Source: Trichosphaerium sp. ATCC 40318
Lineage: Eukaryota > Protista > Tubulinea
Assembly: GCA_038496445.1 (NCBI GenBank)
Contig: JALMLS010000282.1
Coordinates: 1-64,000, forward strand
Length of the DNA stretch: 64,000 nt
Direction: 5' to 3'
Shown: positions 52,571 to 63,552 of the stretch, in pieces
Numbering within the stretch: the stretch's first letter is position 1
How the letters are laid out: each line of letters opens with the position of its first letter
The notes under the pieces: generated by a model
The model's database searches: none
The model's input: only the letters and a program-made list of their open reading frames with translations
What the model was told of the DNA's origin: nothing
Program-made: the position numbers and the translations under genes

Positions 52571-53371
52571 ATGAGTGATGCATCTCTAAATAAGGAGGAA
52601 TGTTGGCTTAGGCTAATACCAACAGAAACGTGTTTTGAAATAATCTCGCACGTGTCATACAGTGATGTTCTTGTGTTATCTGAGACATGCAGCGATATGA
52701 ATATTATCTGTAATACGGATTTTGTTTGGAAGAGAATATGTCGTAACTTCTTTCAAGCTCGTTTTAAGACTCAAAGGCAAGTGGAGTGTACAAATCACGT
52801 TTGTAAGGAACTAACTTGTTATTAACCACTCAGACATTTCATCGTGGACATCCATAGACAGCAACAAGGTACAACACTTAAATCAAATTCATAATACTAA
52901 CATCTTGTAGTAGAAATACAGTCTTGGAAGGATGTAGCAAAAGAAGAGATAACCAAACGGCCAAATTGGCCTACGGTTTTGATTTCTGCTGGTATTTCTT
53001 TAGAAAGAGCACTGGAACTAGCAAGTGTGCTCACGGAAATTGACGCTGCCTGGTTTGAGTTAACAAAGGATGTTATAAAAGTGATTGGTTTTACAGTACT
53101 GGAGAGAGCAAGAATTTTCCAATATATACACAAACACTATAAATGATAGCTGTCTTTCATACATTCTTTCTTTATTAGTTTGCTCTCAGGTCAAGCAGAC
53201 ACAAGAAATTGATTGCAAGATCCATAAGGTACACAATGTGATACAGCATCCTTGGGCTCTATGGGATGCTAGTAGGTAATAGGAATGTAGCGATTATTAG
53301 TACATTAGTTTGTTTGTTTGGCTTATTTGACTATGTTTTATTTTAGTCGAGCATGCTTTGTGTTACATATA
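52571..53371 (+). CDS. F-box module, probably the N-terminal part of an F-box-Ras fusion
   Basis: IPTETCFEIISHVSYSDVLVLSETCSDMNIICNTDFVWKRIC. The first intron (52777-52833) needs a GC-AG donor to stay in frame. Confidence 0.75.
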
Positions 53372-53666
53372 GTACAACACAAGCCTTAGCTTGGGAAGCG
53401 TCCTCTTTACAAGTTTTATTATGTGTATTCGTTGATTAGATTCCTCTCTGTTCCTCCTTGCTCGTTCCTTTACCCGTTTGAGTTTGATTGCATGATTTGT
53501 TTTTTTGTTTGTGTATGTATTTTTTGTATAGTTCTATTTGGTGTATCATGTGCGCCATCTCTTTATTAGTACATTAGTGAATCTTGTTATCGCAGTCAAA
53601 CAGAGTCTACATCGTGCTGATTATACCAGATTCTAACTATTGCTTTATAAACAAGCCTCACAGACC

Positions 53667-54490
53667 ATGTCATACCATGTAGTTGTTTTAGGAGAGTCAG
53701 GTGTTGGGAAATCAAGTCTGATAATACAAATGACCCAAAATCACTTTATTGATGAATATGACCCAACAATAGAAGATTCGTAAGCATTTATAGCGCGTTA
53801 ACGATGTTAGTTAATTCTGAGGCTTATATTGTTTAAAACTCGCGCTGACGCGACCATAGGTATCGCAAACGATGTGTAGTTGACTCAGAGACGCTATTAC
53901 TGACTATTCAGGATACAGCAGGTAGAGAAGAGTTCCATGTAGCCTACGGACTCTGTGATCAAGTACGTGGCATGAAGGTAGACCAACAAACACTAAAATA
54001 TTAACTTACTTAGTACATAAAACAAAGTGATGGATTTATAATTGTTTATGCTATTACAACACGTGGTTCATTCGATCAACTCACACAAGTTTTTAATGAG
54101 ATTCAAAAGTAAGCTTAAACGTTGCATTTTGAAGAAATCACGTGTTTCCGCACATGCGTGTTGAGCTTTTGTTAAAACGGCTTCTTTTTCAAACAAAAGT
54201 TGTCAACCTTTGACTTAAAGTAATTGGTTTGTTCAAGACTACGAGAGGAAGATAGTCGTGCAGGTGTATTAGTTGGAAATAAAGTTGATTTGGGAGAAGA
54301 AAGACAAGTCAGTGAACAAGAAGGACAAGAAATTGCACAACACTACGGAATAGCTTTCGTTGAGACATCAGCAAAAACACGTGTCAATGTAGAAGAAGCC
54401 TTTTTTCAAGCTGTACGAGAAATACGAAAACAAAGAGACAAAAACAAACCAGAAACTCATAAACAAAGAAGGCATTGTACTTTGATATAA
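53667..54490 (+). CDS. Ras-family GTPase domain with CAAX (CTLI)
   Basis: [31 protein letters not shown] and ETSAK; 4 exons. Confidence 0.95.
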
Positions 54491-54875
54491 TTAACCACTC
54501 TCCGAGAGCAACTGACCGTTAAATCATACTGTAATAATAGATTATTTTGTATATTTGCACAATCAAAATGACAGTGTCGGAATGTATAGTTTGATACTAT
54601 TTAGGAGCGCACTAGACCACTCATAGCTCGATTGAGCAACGATTTGTTTTGAAAATTATGGAAAGAGTATCGCTGTCACTCATTTCAAAAATTGTGAAAC
54701 GTTGGACATAGTGGTGTATCCAGATGACCACTATTATAAGATTTGCCCAATATGATTTATGTTTTTAACCATTTTTATTTCTCCGACAACTTTTGGTCGA
54801 ACCCTGCTCTTGGTTCTGTGAACTTAGAAAGACATTGTCTTCATAAGTCAAACAAAAGTTGGAAAGTTCTCAATC

Positions 54876-56819
54876 ATGACAACTGAAGGCCTTAAAATGG
54901 TAAGGATAAAGCATGATTCTGATAAAGACAATGAAGAGGAGCCGCTAACGAAGCGTATGTCGTTTTAGCACGAATATTAATTATCCGGCGTTTAACGTGC
55001 TATTAACAGTGCCACCTATGACTTCATGGTCCACTGACGGCGTAGAATCATGGTTAACAGATGAAGGTTACCCCACGCTAGCTAAAAAGTTTAAAAAGCA
55101 TGATATCAACGGCGGTGATCTAGCTGCATTGAGTCCGGAAGATTTTAAAGAAATTGGAATAAAAAACGTCGGTTTGAGAAGACGTATCATTAGAAGAATA
55201 AATGACGTTCTTCTAGAGGACAGTAAAGGTACTAGTAATGCGTCAGAGAGATATAAAGCTTTAAACACATTTTATTTTTTTGACGTTTCGAAACGTCACA
55301 TCACCCCTCTTCGAAACGTCACATCACGTGCGATATCTAAAGTCTGTTTAGAAGCACAGAAGAGTAGTAAAGGGAGTACAGAGTTTGCTGTAGAAGCATT
55401 TAAACTTCTACCAGACATCAAAAGAGGACCAAGACAAGCTGTTGTTGGATTTCTTTTTCATGCTGAAGAGTTCTTAGATTCTCCTATTTGGAAGCAACTC
55501 ATCCTCGCTTTTTCTGGTGGTGCTTATATTGCTTTTGGTGCTGCTCTTTCTATTGTACTATCAGCGGGTGTTGGTATGTTACAGCAAAGATTGATGACGT
55601 TTCAGTTCAACCTAGTGAACACGGTTTTTTTTTTCTGCTGTTACGTGTTTACGTTCTCATCTTGTTTACAGAGGCTCCTGGTCCGAGACGTCTTCTTACT
55701 TCTCTTGGGTTTATAGCTGGATTTTCAATGGTAATCCTTACAGGATCTACACTGTTCACTGAGGTAAAATAAGTAGATAATGAAAGAAAACAATTGAATT
55801 TTTTTTTTGTATCTCGTTGTTTACAACTTAATTTGTTCTTAGATAAACGTGTTGATTCCAGACATGATTTTACTGAGGTTACGGAGTTACAGACATATTT
55901 GTAGAAAGTGCTTCAGATTCTGGGCTTTAGTGTACATAGGAAATATTATAGGATCTCTGACGGTAGCGTTTGTTTTGTGGCTGACAAATGCTTTGGAAAA
56001 AGATTCTTTAAATAGATTGGACGACATTGTTTTTTCGAAAATGAAGTATGCTGACAAGGTACGTGTTCGGAATCTTTTCCTATACACCGCAGAACTTGTT
56101 AACTTGCTATGGGATTCGAATTAAAAGTGTTGATTGTTTATTCTTTGTTACAGGGCGTTGGAAGTTGGTTTTTGATTGTTGCTTCTGGTATTCTTGGAAA
56201 TTGGCTCGTTGGTATAGCTGCGTTGCTTGCTCAAACAGCAAGGACGTTGATATCTAAAGTTGTAGCTGTGTTCCTACCAGTAATGACATTTGTTTCCTTG
56301 GGCGTGATGCACGCCCCAGCCAATATGGGTGCGTTAAAGGAGCTAAACAACTCCGACTTTTTGATGATCAGTTCGACTTTTTTCAGTTTTTGATTGTTAC
56401 GAGCTTTCTGTTTGATTTAACGTCGTTTGCTTTAGGATACTTATTCCTGGGTTTGATGGAAGGCAAGGGAGATACTACAATACTAAAAGTCATCGTTTGG
56501 AATCTTTGTACGACCCAAAAAAGTTTTTTTTTTTGAAACAGTTCCTAAATATACTAACTCATTTTCGCACTCTCTAGTACCTGCATCTATTGGAAATTTG
56601 TTAGGAGGAGTTATAATGGTAGGGTTATTTTATTGGGTTGTATTCGCACCTCCGAAGAAACAGCTACGATCGAGCTTTCCAGAGTTGTTCAAGAACAAAG
56701 CATCAAATGTACGTTGTGTAAATCTCCTCTTTTTTTTTTTTGTGGTGACGCCTTTGTTGTAGTCCAGAGATGAAGTACAACTAGATGATGAAGAAAACGA
56801 AGGTTCTATAGCTGAATAA
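54876..56819 (+). CDS. SAM domain plus formate/nitrite transporter (FNT) family channel
   Basis: SAM sequence WSTDGVESWL..INGGDL..FKEIGIKNVGLRRRI. FNT motifs GGAYIAFG, GSTLFTE, YIGNIIG, GILGNWLV, FVSLGVMHAPANM and IGNLLGG. Confidence 0.9.
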
Positions 56820-57085
56820 TGAGAACGTAGCGATAAACCGCTGGTTTCTATTGTAAAAATATGTGTTTCTTTAACGTAGCTTACTTGTGAGCATCCAAAC
56901 TTTTTACTCAATTGAATCCGTGTTCAAGAAATACAAGAGACAAAATAAACAGGACAATAACTATTCAATGAACGAATGTACAGTCGTCTAGTGTAACGTT
57001 AAATGCTGTTCTAAGGGGCATCTTTTGTCGACATCTACCCCAAATTAATCGTTAAAAGCAATCTAAAGGAAATACAGAGATAGGA

Positions 57086-57745
57086 ATGAAAGATTCTACT
57101 TCAGATTTTTGTCACTTGTATCGCCTTCCTGTGGAACTACAGCTTGATATCATAGACTTAGACTATAGTTTATATCTGAAATGGCCTCTACTATCAAAAC
57201 AAACAGCAATGGCGTCAAGATACAACGGTGACTTGAAGAGACATGGAAAATGGGTTAAGAAAAAGAGGTCCTATAAGACGGGAACCTTAACTTTTCTTAA
57301 TGTCCTTGAAGTAAATTATAGACATGGTGAGCTTGAAGGAGTCTATAAACGCTGGTATGAGAACGGTCAAGTATGTGCCCATTATCATTACTCGAAAGGT
57401 TTGCTTCACGGAGAGTATAGACACTGGTACTACAATGGAATACCATGGTGGCAATGTCGTTATGTCAAAGGAAAACCAGAGGGTGAGTACAAGCGCTGGC
57501 ACGATAATGGGGAGATGTGCGCTCATTGCTTTTATGTGAAGGGGACACTAGAAGGATATTACAAGCGTTGGTATGAGAATGGTCAACTGCGAATGAAGTG
57601 TCAATACATCAAAGATGAATGTGATGGAGAATACAAGATTTGGGATTCAAAAGGTCAATTACACAAACACTACCGTTATGTTAAAGGTGTACGGAAAAAG
57701 AAGTATAAGAAGAGAAAACATACTTGTTTGTACAGGTGTTTCTAA
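57086..57745 (+). CDS. F-box-like plus MORN-variant (YwqK-like) repeat protein (intronless)
   Basis: LYRLPVELQLDII..YLKWPLL, then five repeats YxxGxxEGxYKRWYENGQ. Confidence 0.85.
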   Translation: MKDSTSDFCHLYRLPVELQLDIIDLDYSLYLKWPLLSKQTAMASRYNGDLKRHGKWVKKKRSYKTGTLTFLNVLEVNYRHGELEGVYKRWYENGQVCAHYHYSKGLLHGEYRHWYYNGIPWWQCRYVKGKPEGEYKRWHDNGEMCAHCFYVKGTLEGYYKRWYENGQLRMKCQYIKDECDGEYKIWDSKGQLHKHYRYVKGVRKKKYKKRKHTCLYRCF

Positions 57746-57897
57746 TAACAATAAAACACGTGATTTCAAATCGATAAAATGTGATTGTTTTTTTTTTTCA
57801 TCGGTTTCATGCTTACCTTCCTTCTTACTGTTCTTTGCTAAAACTCTGCTTTTTCTTAAGGTTGTTGGTCTTTCTGCTCTCGATATGTCTTGTTTGT

Positions 57898-58735
57898 TCA
57901 AAGATAGTAAACGGCTCAACCAAAATCGCGATTCAGACGCGATTCAGGCGGCTGGTATTTAGAATACTTAAGCAGCAGAATGTTTATACATTACCAAGTC
58001 ATTCTATCAAAGGAAAAAAAACTATAATTGAACTGTATTCCTATGAGCACGTGCGATCCAAATATGACAAGTTTATTAAAAGTACATCTCGTTCTACATA
58101 ACTTTTTTGGTCTGATGTTAAGTCAACATTTGTTTAAAGATGAAGCTATCCCTGTAATTGGGTTTAAAAACTCCAACCGCTCATATGAGTGCGGATGGTA
58201 GATCTAGAGGTGGCAAATACCGGTCCGATACCGGTCCGGTTTCAAGATATCGGTTTTCGGTCCGTAACTGGTCCGTGATTTAGAACAAGACCAGTATTCA
58301 TTAAGTGAACACCAAAACTGTTGGCTTCTTTTTTGACAGCGGACCATTTGGACCGATAAAAATCCAAGAGTAAGTAACCTTTGACAAAAATTCCTTTTTT
58401 GGCTATTTTTCCGATTTTCCAAGGGTACTTACTCCCTTTGACAGCGGACCGGTTAGACAATTTACAGACTGGTCTTTTGCGTTTCGGTACAGTACCGGTT
58501 CGGACTGGTATTTCTGCCTTCTCTAGGTATATCCACATTCGTGTTCAAATGTTTTTACGCGTGTATGTGTAATTGAAGCTTCTTATAATGTAATTCATGT
58601 ATTCCTATCAATTCTTTGGCACCTTCATCTGTCTCTTGCTGATAGCCTGTAAGGTAAAGTGTATGAACCCCTTTCAGTGATTTTATGCCTTCGTCTGTCA
58701 CATTTGGACAACTTGTGAGGTTATGGTGTATTCAT
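57898..58735 (-). pseudogene. 5'-truncated paralog of the 38878-40310 LRR gene plus its 3' flank, interrupted by a MITE
   Basis: Reverse complement gives CPNVTDEGIKSLKGVHTL..TDEGAKELIGIHELHY. 57898-58198 aligns with 40276-40555. Confidence 0.85.
58205..58525. mobile_element. hAT-type MITE (321 bp)
   Basis: Imperfect TIRs TAGAGGTGGCAAATACCGGTCCG and TAGAGAAGGCAGAAATACCAGTCCG. 8-bp TSD GGTAGATC/GGTATATC. Subterminal (A)CCGGT/GGTCCG repeats. The site is empty in the intact paralog near 40275. Confidence 0.85.
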
Positions 58736-59887
58736 GACTTCTTTTGCAGTCATACAAAACACTGCATGAAGATACATTTCTTTTATTGTCAACACTTGCC
58801 CGTATCTTTCAAATATGCAAAACTTTGCTTGGTTGTCGTCTTTAGTCAGATCTGTCTCGCAACTTCTGATAGCTCTTCCAAGATCTATCAAAACTACAAG
58901 ATCTGACGGATCTTGCCAGTTCTGGTAAAAAACAAAATCCATGTCTACAACATACTTGTGACCACGTGTTTTTAACCATTATTTTATTTGGAACATTAGC
59001 TACATGTAGTTATGTTGACGTCTCTGATAGAGTCTAAGGCACAACAGTGTCTCCTATACTCCAAAACGGAGTATTACACCATGTTAATACTGTGCACCCT
59101 GCGCAAGATACTTTGGAAGCGCTTGGAATTTGCTTTCAGGTTTTAGCGTTTAATACTCTTCTTTAGGCCTGAATGTGCCAGCATTCGCTAGTGGTGCTAG
59201 TAAGTTAGCATGTAAAATCTTGCACTTTGATACTTCTGCCAAACCTGTTGCAAACTTGAATGATACATAAATAATTAACCGACTCTAAACATACAGGTAG
59301 TAATGTATTGACAGCTAGCTGTGGTATTCAACCTCTCCTTCATTCGAGTATTCTCATATCAGACCTTGTTGCTGATGTTGCACTTTACAATACAAAGGCC
59401 ATTCCAACTTGTGTTTTTCATGAACTAGCACAGACTCAAGAGACGGTTTCTTTTACTGTATTCTTCAGGAACAACAGTTGGGAAGGAGAATGTTGTAAAC
59501 ACACTTGCCTGACAATAATTAACAACGCTGCATAAGTTACAATCAGGATTTTCTACAATTACAGCGAAACACCTCAAGGAGAATTATGAGAAACACAGTT
59601 GTAGTACTGTATCTCTGTAATCGCTACTGGCATCAACGCAAGTGTTAAATCTGGATACTTGTAAGAGTATATGAACAATAAAAAGTTGCTGTGAAGCCTC
59701 CTTACAAATGAGGAAAAGCAATCTTGCCCACGTGAAATCTTACTACACAAATTACCCTACTCAACACAGTTCTAACACTACATTTAACCCTTCACTGAAT
59801 AGCTTTTGGCGAAACAGTAAAACTGTGTATTTTCTAGTAGAAGTAATAGTATCACAACTAACACGGTGTAAGTGCGAAACATTAAGG

Positions 59888-60760
59888 ATGTCTGAAAGAG
59901 GCGTGCGTAGTTAAAAAAACTGGAAGTGAGCTCCCTAAAAACAACTCTTTTTTGGCTTTATTATGGTTGTGCTAATACTACAACCATACCACTGTAGCGT
60001 TAGTTTGGAGTGCGCAATCCACAGTATTTGTTTATTAACTGGTTGAATAATAACGCTTATGCTATCATTTTTAGGGCCCTTCTTTCTTCGTTGTTTACGT
60101 TGTGGGTTCTAGAGGTTCTGGAAAAACGCGCCTAACTTTTAGGTATACCAACATGGAATACACTCTAACTAGTGATGAATACCCAGAAGACAGTGCGGAT
60201 GCATTAGATTACAGTTACTACAATCAAATGGAACTAAACGGTGAGAAAGTTACCATTGAAGTACGTATAAATGATACTGGCGAGTGTTGGTTGGGATACC
60301 GTGGAAGAGAGTTTGGTTACATTGAAAGTGTAGTTCTCACCTTTTCTTCAACCAGCAGAGCTCAATTTGAGAAGGTTGTAGAACACCACGAACGATTGAA
60401 GAGGTATGAGCATACCTGTGTTTATTCTCTTGATGTTGACTTTGATGTAGGCTCGCTGCAATTTGGAGCAAAGGGTTTTTTAATGTTGCTTTGGTAGCAA
60501 CTAAAACAGATTTAGAAAGTGAAAGAACCGTTTCAAGTGAAGAAGCACGTGCTGTTGCTGATACTCTTGGTTGTCCTTATTATGAAGTTTCTACACAAAC
60601 CGATATTAATTATATTACTGATATATTTGAGACACTTGTAAGGAAAGCTGTAGATCTTCGCGTTGAAAAGAAAGAGGCAATACGAAAGGATAATGAAGTA
60701 ATGCGCCTGAAAAAAGAACAAAAAAAAAGAGCAAGAAAAAAGAAGTGTACTTTAATGTAA
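59888..60760 (+). CDS. Divergent Ras-superfamily GTPase with polybasic tail and CAAX (CTLM)
   Basis: GSRGSGKT, INDTG, VATKTDL, YEVST and KKRARKKKCTLM*; 3 exons. Confidence 0.85.
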
Positions 60761-61308
60761 ACAAAAACAACTGTTCTATACAACACACTAGAAATAATAA
60801 AGAAAATATAGCACTATATCGTTTACATTCAGAGTACTAGTAAAGAATCAACAATTCCACAATAGTTAAGTACAACAGACTTCAGTCAAGTTTCGTGTAC
60901 TCTTGCTATAGTCGTTTTTGACATTCCACAGAGAACAGGGAACATACGTAACATATAAGGTGTTAGTGTCCCAAGATGGAAATTATAGTAAGAAAGGTTA
61001 CAATCGTTGTATTATTCGTTACTTTGCAAGAAACACGTGGTCTAGTAAACTGTCTACAATTTTTATTTCTTTTTTAACTATTGATTCTATATATGGGCTA
61101 CTAGATGGCAATGAAATAGAGTTACTTCACAACACCCACAAAAAGCGCTTTGTAGTTTCGTTGGCTCATAAAGTGATAATGTCAAAGATTCAGCTAACCG
61201 AAAACCACACTCATCAATTTCGTGAAATTCATCATTTTGAACTATCCCACCGGACATAGCATCATAAAATACCATTATTACGCCTAAACGATAATCCAAA
61301 CCACGCAA

Positions 61309-63041
61309 ATGGGAAATAAAAGTACTAAAAAGACCACTGAAGCTGCTGAACCGCGAATCTTCGAAATTACGCTATGTGGCCTTAAGGGAAGCGGAAAGAG
61401 TAAGTTTAACGACTATATTAGAGATGTTTAGATATCTCAGATATCTAGATATTTTGCAGTATCTAGATATTTATGAAATATCTAGTTTTGCGAAAAATAT
61501 CTAGATATTAAAAATTATCTAGATATTCGAAAATAAGGCACCTTCATATGGTTACAAATACCACGTTGTACCATAGGAAGTGGGATTTGAAAACACGTTT
61601 TATAATATCTAGATATTTTAAATTATCTAGATACTTGCGAATTATCTAGTTTTGGCGAAATATCTAGATTATCTAGATATTGTAGATATCTAAACATCTC
61701 TATTCAATAGTGTATGTTTTGTCATCCATACTGACCGTATAACTACTAGGAACGCTATTAAAGCAATTGCAATTTGTTTTTGGCGGTAAACAACCTTCTA
61801 TAAGTGCTACACACATTAGGATGTTTATGATCGACTGCATTAAGGTTCTTATTGATATAAGTCACATGAAAGGCTTTGAAATTGATGAGCCAAACAAAGT
61901 ACGTTTGTTAACAGACACGAAATGAGTCTTTGTTATTCAAAGAACGGCAAGTTCTCTTATCTATTTTTAGGATTTTGCAAAGACTGTTAGTGGTAAGTAC
62001 ACATGGGGTGATGACACGCATAAGATACTGACTAGTTTATGGAATGATACTGGTATACAAAGAGCACATGACATACGACTTCTTCACGGAGGATCTCCTT
62101 GTATGGCCAGGTACGATCCTCAGGACTAACTCTTTGCGTTTGAGTTTGTTTGACAGTCTTTGTTTAAGGTTTTTCGATGCTATTGACCGCATTGCTAAGT
62201 CAGGTTATATTCCTACAAGTGATGATAATATTCAAGCTAGATTATCACATCCAATAGAGGATGTTACCTTTGAGTACTGGGTAGGCACCATGGATAAAAC
62301 CATCCGATTTGTCAATAAGGAATGTACTGAGGTGCGAAAAGTGATAATTTTTAACACTAATGCCTTTGTCAGCTTCCTAGTGACACTAAAAGTGTTTATT
62401 ACATGGTGTCCTTACTAGGGTATTGCCAATCTAATGGTGTACAAAATAATTTGATAAGGGCAATCGAAGCCTTTAATGAGATCAAAACCAAACTCAAAGA
62501 GTAAGTACTCTAGATTTTCTGGTTTATTTCTTACTTGCTTTCTGTAGTCACACAAACATAGTTCTCATATTTTCTAAACAAGACCTCATGGATAAGCAAC
62601 TAGAAACTACGCCAATTACAGCTTGTTTCCCTGACTATACACAACGTACGCACAACAAACAAGGGACAAGTTGTTTCCATTCGGAAACTAAACTTTTTTT
62701 TTCAACTATAGCGCCACAAGAAGATTGGGGCAAGTTTGCTGCTTTTTTGCAAAGTAAATTTATTGATAATGATGACAAAGTTAGAGTATACACACACTTT
62801 ATAAGTCCAATTTGCTATCGTAATGTTAAAGATGTATTTGAGGTATGTAACCACGCGAACGTGAAATAAGAAAAGTGCAAAAAGAAAAAATGTTCTGCAG
62901 AACTCAATTTTCTCGGAGGATATATAACAACGCCACGTGATATTCTTTCTAACAATATAATAAATTTTTTATGTACTAACTCCTTTCGCATAGCACACAC
63001 TTGGTCCTCTTTTTCCTCCCACCGCTGATATGCCTTTCTGA
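61309..63041 (+). CDS. Divergent heterotrimeric G-protein alpha subunit (likely pseudo-GTPase)
   Basis: Myristoylation motif MGNKS; TLLKQL, SLWNDTGIQ, YIPTSDDNIQAR, IVLIFSKQDL, ITACFPDY, VYTHF and NVKDVFE. The last exon is tentative. Confidence 0.85.
61419..61702. mobile_element. MITE (284 bp) in intron 1 of the G-alpha gene
   Basis: Perfect 19-bp TIR TAGAGATGTTTAGATATCT. About 5 copies of the TATCTAGATA-like palindrome lie in each subterminal region. No clear TSD. Confidence 0.8.
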
Positions 63042-63552
63042 TTTAATACTGTACCGCTTTGAACACAAGCTAAGCTTACTAAACTGCTCTACAAGAAATT
63101 ACAGCTTACATAAATTCTCCTTAACAGACCCAAAGGTGAAATCTTTGGTAGATTTGGTGTTGCTGTAAAACAATAAAGCGCAGTTGCCTTCTTGTTCAAT
63201 GACTAAAAAATTAATCCACAATGGATTCCTTTTAGTATGTACAAATGTTGTGGTCAGCAAGCAAGCAAAGAGCACTATTCCCTGTTTAGAGGGTCCATCA
63301 CTTTCCTTTCAGTGCCCGACAACACGTTCGCTCACATCATCCATTTGTGTGGAATGATTATCGGGTATCCCGGTTTAATAAAATTAATGGATCTACCCGG
63401 TACGTATAGCAGAATCCAACCGGGTATTATGTTAATTATGTGAATAAGTGCATTTAGTACTAAGCGTATTTTGTAGAAAATCGCATTAGCTAAAAAACAA
63501 GTTAAGTCCACGTGATTCCAAAGCTGTCTTTTTTCACATTAACAAGAAACTC

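Noticed and set aside
55287-55327. 18-bp direct repeat TTCGAAACGTCACATCAC in an intron
   Set aside because: Most simply a local slippage duplication with no further structure.
11529-57745. Integrated giant virus (GEVE)
   Set aside because: No NCLDV core genes (capsid, polB, packaging ATPase) were seen. The virus-like genes are interspersed with intron-rich host genes.
2582-58572. Many ORF-track entries (e.g. 2582-2794, 4774-5025, 11932-12324, 57615-57962, 58242-58538)
   Set aside because: They are antisense or off-frame shadows of real exons, or lie within a MITE.
58721-59560. Short minus-strand ORFs next to the LRR pseudogene
   Set aside because: Fragmentary with stops and no identifiable homology.
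61419-61702. Regularly spaced short repeats resembling a CRISPR array
   Set aside because: The units are about 10 bp with very short spacers, bounded by TIRs, inside a eukaryotic intron, with no cas genes.
63340-63430. Cluster of CGGGTA/TACCCG motifs suggesting a third MITE
   Set aside because: No TIR pair or TSD could be defined.
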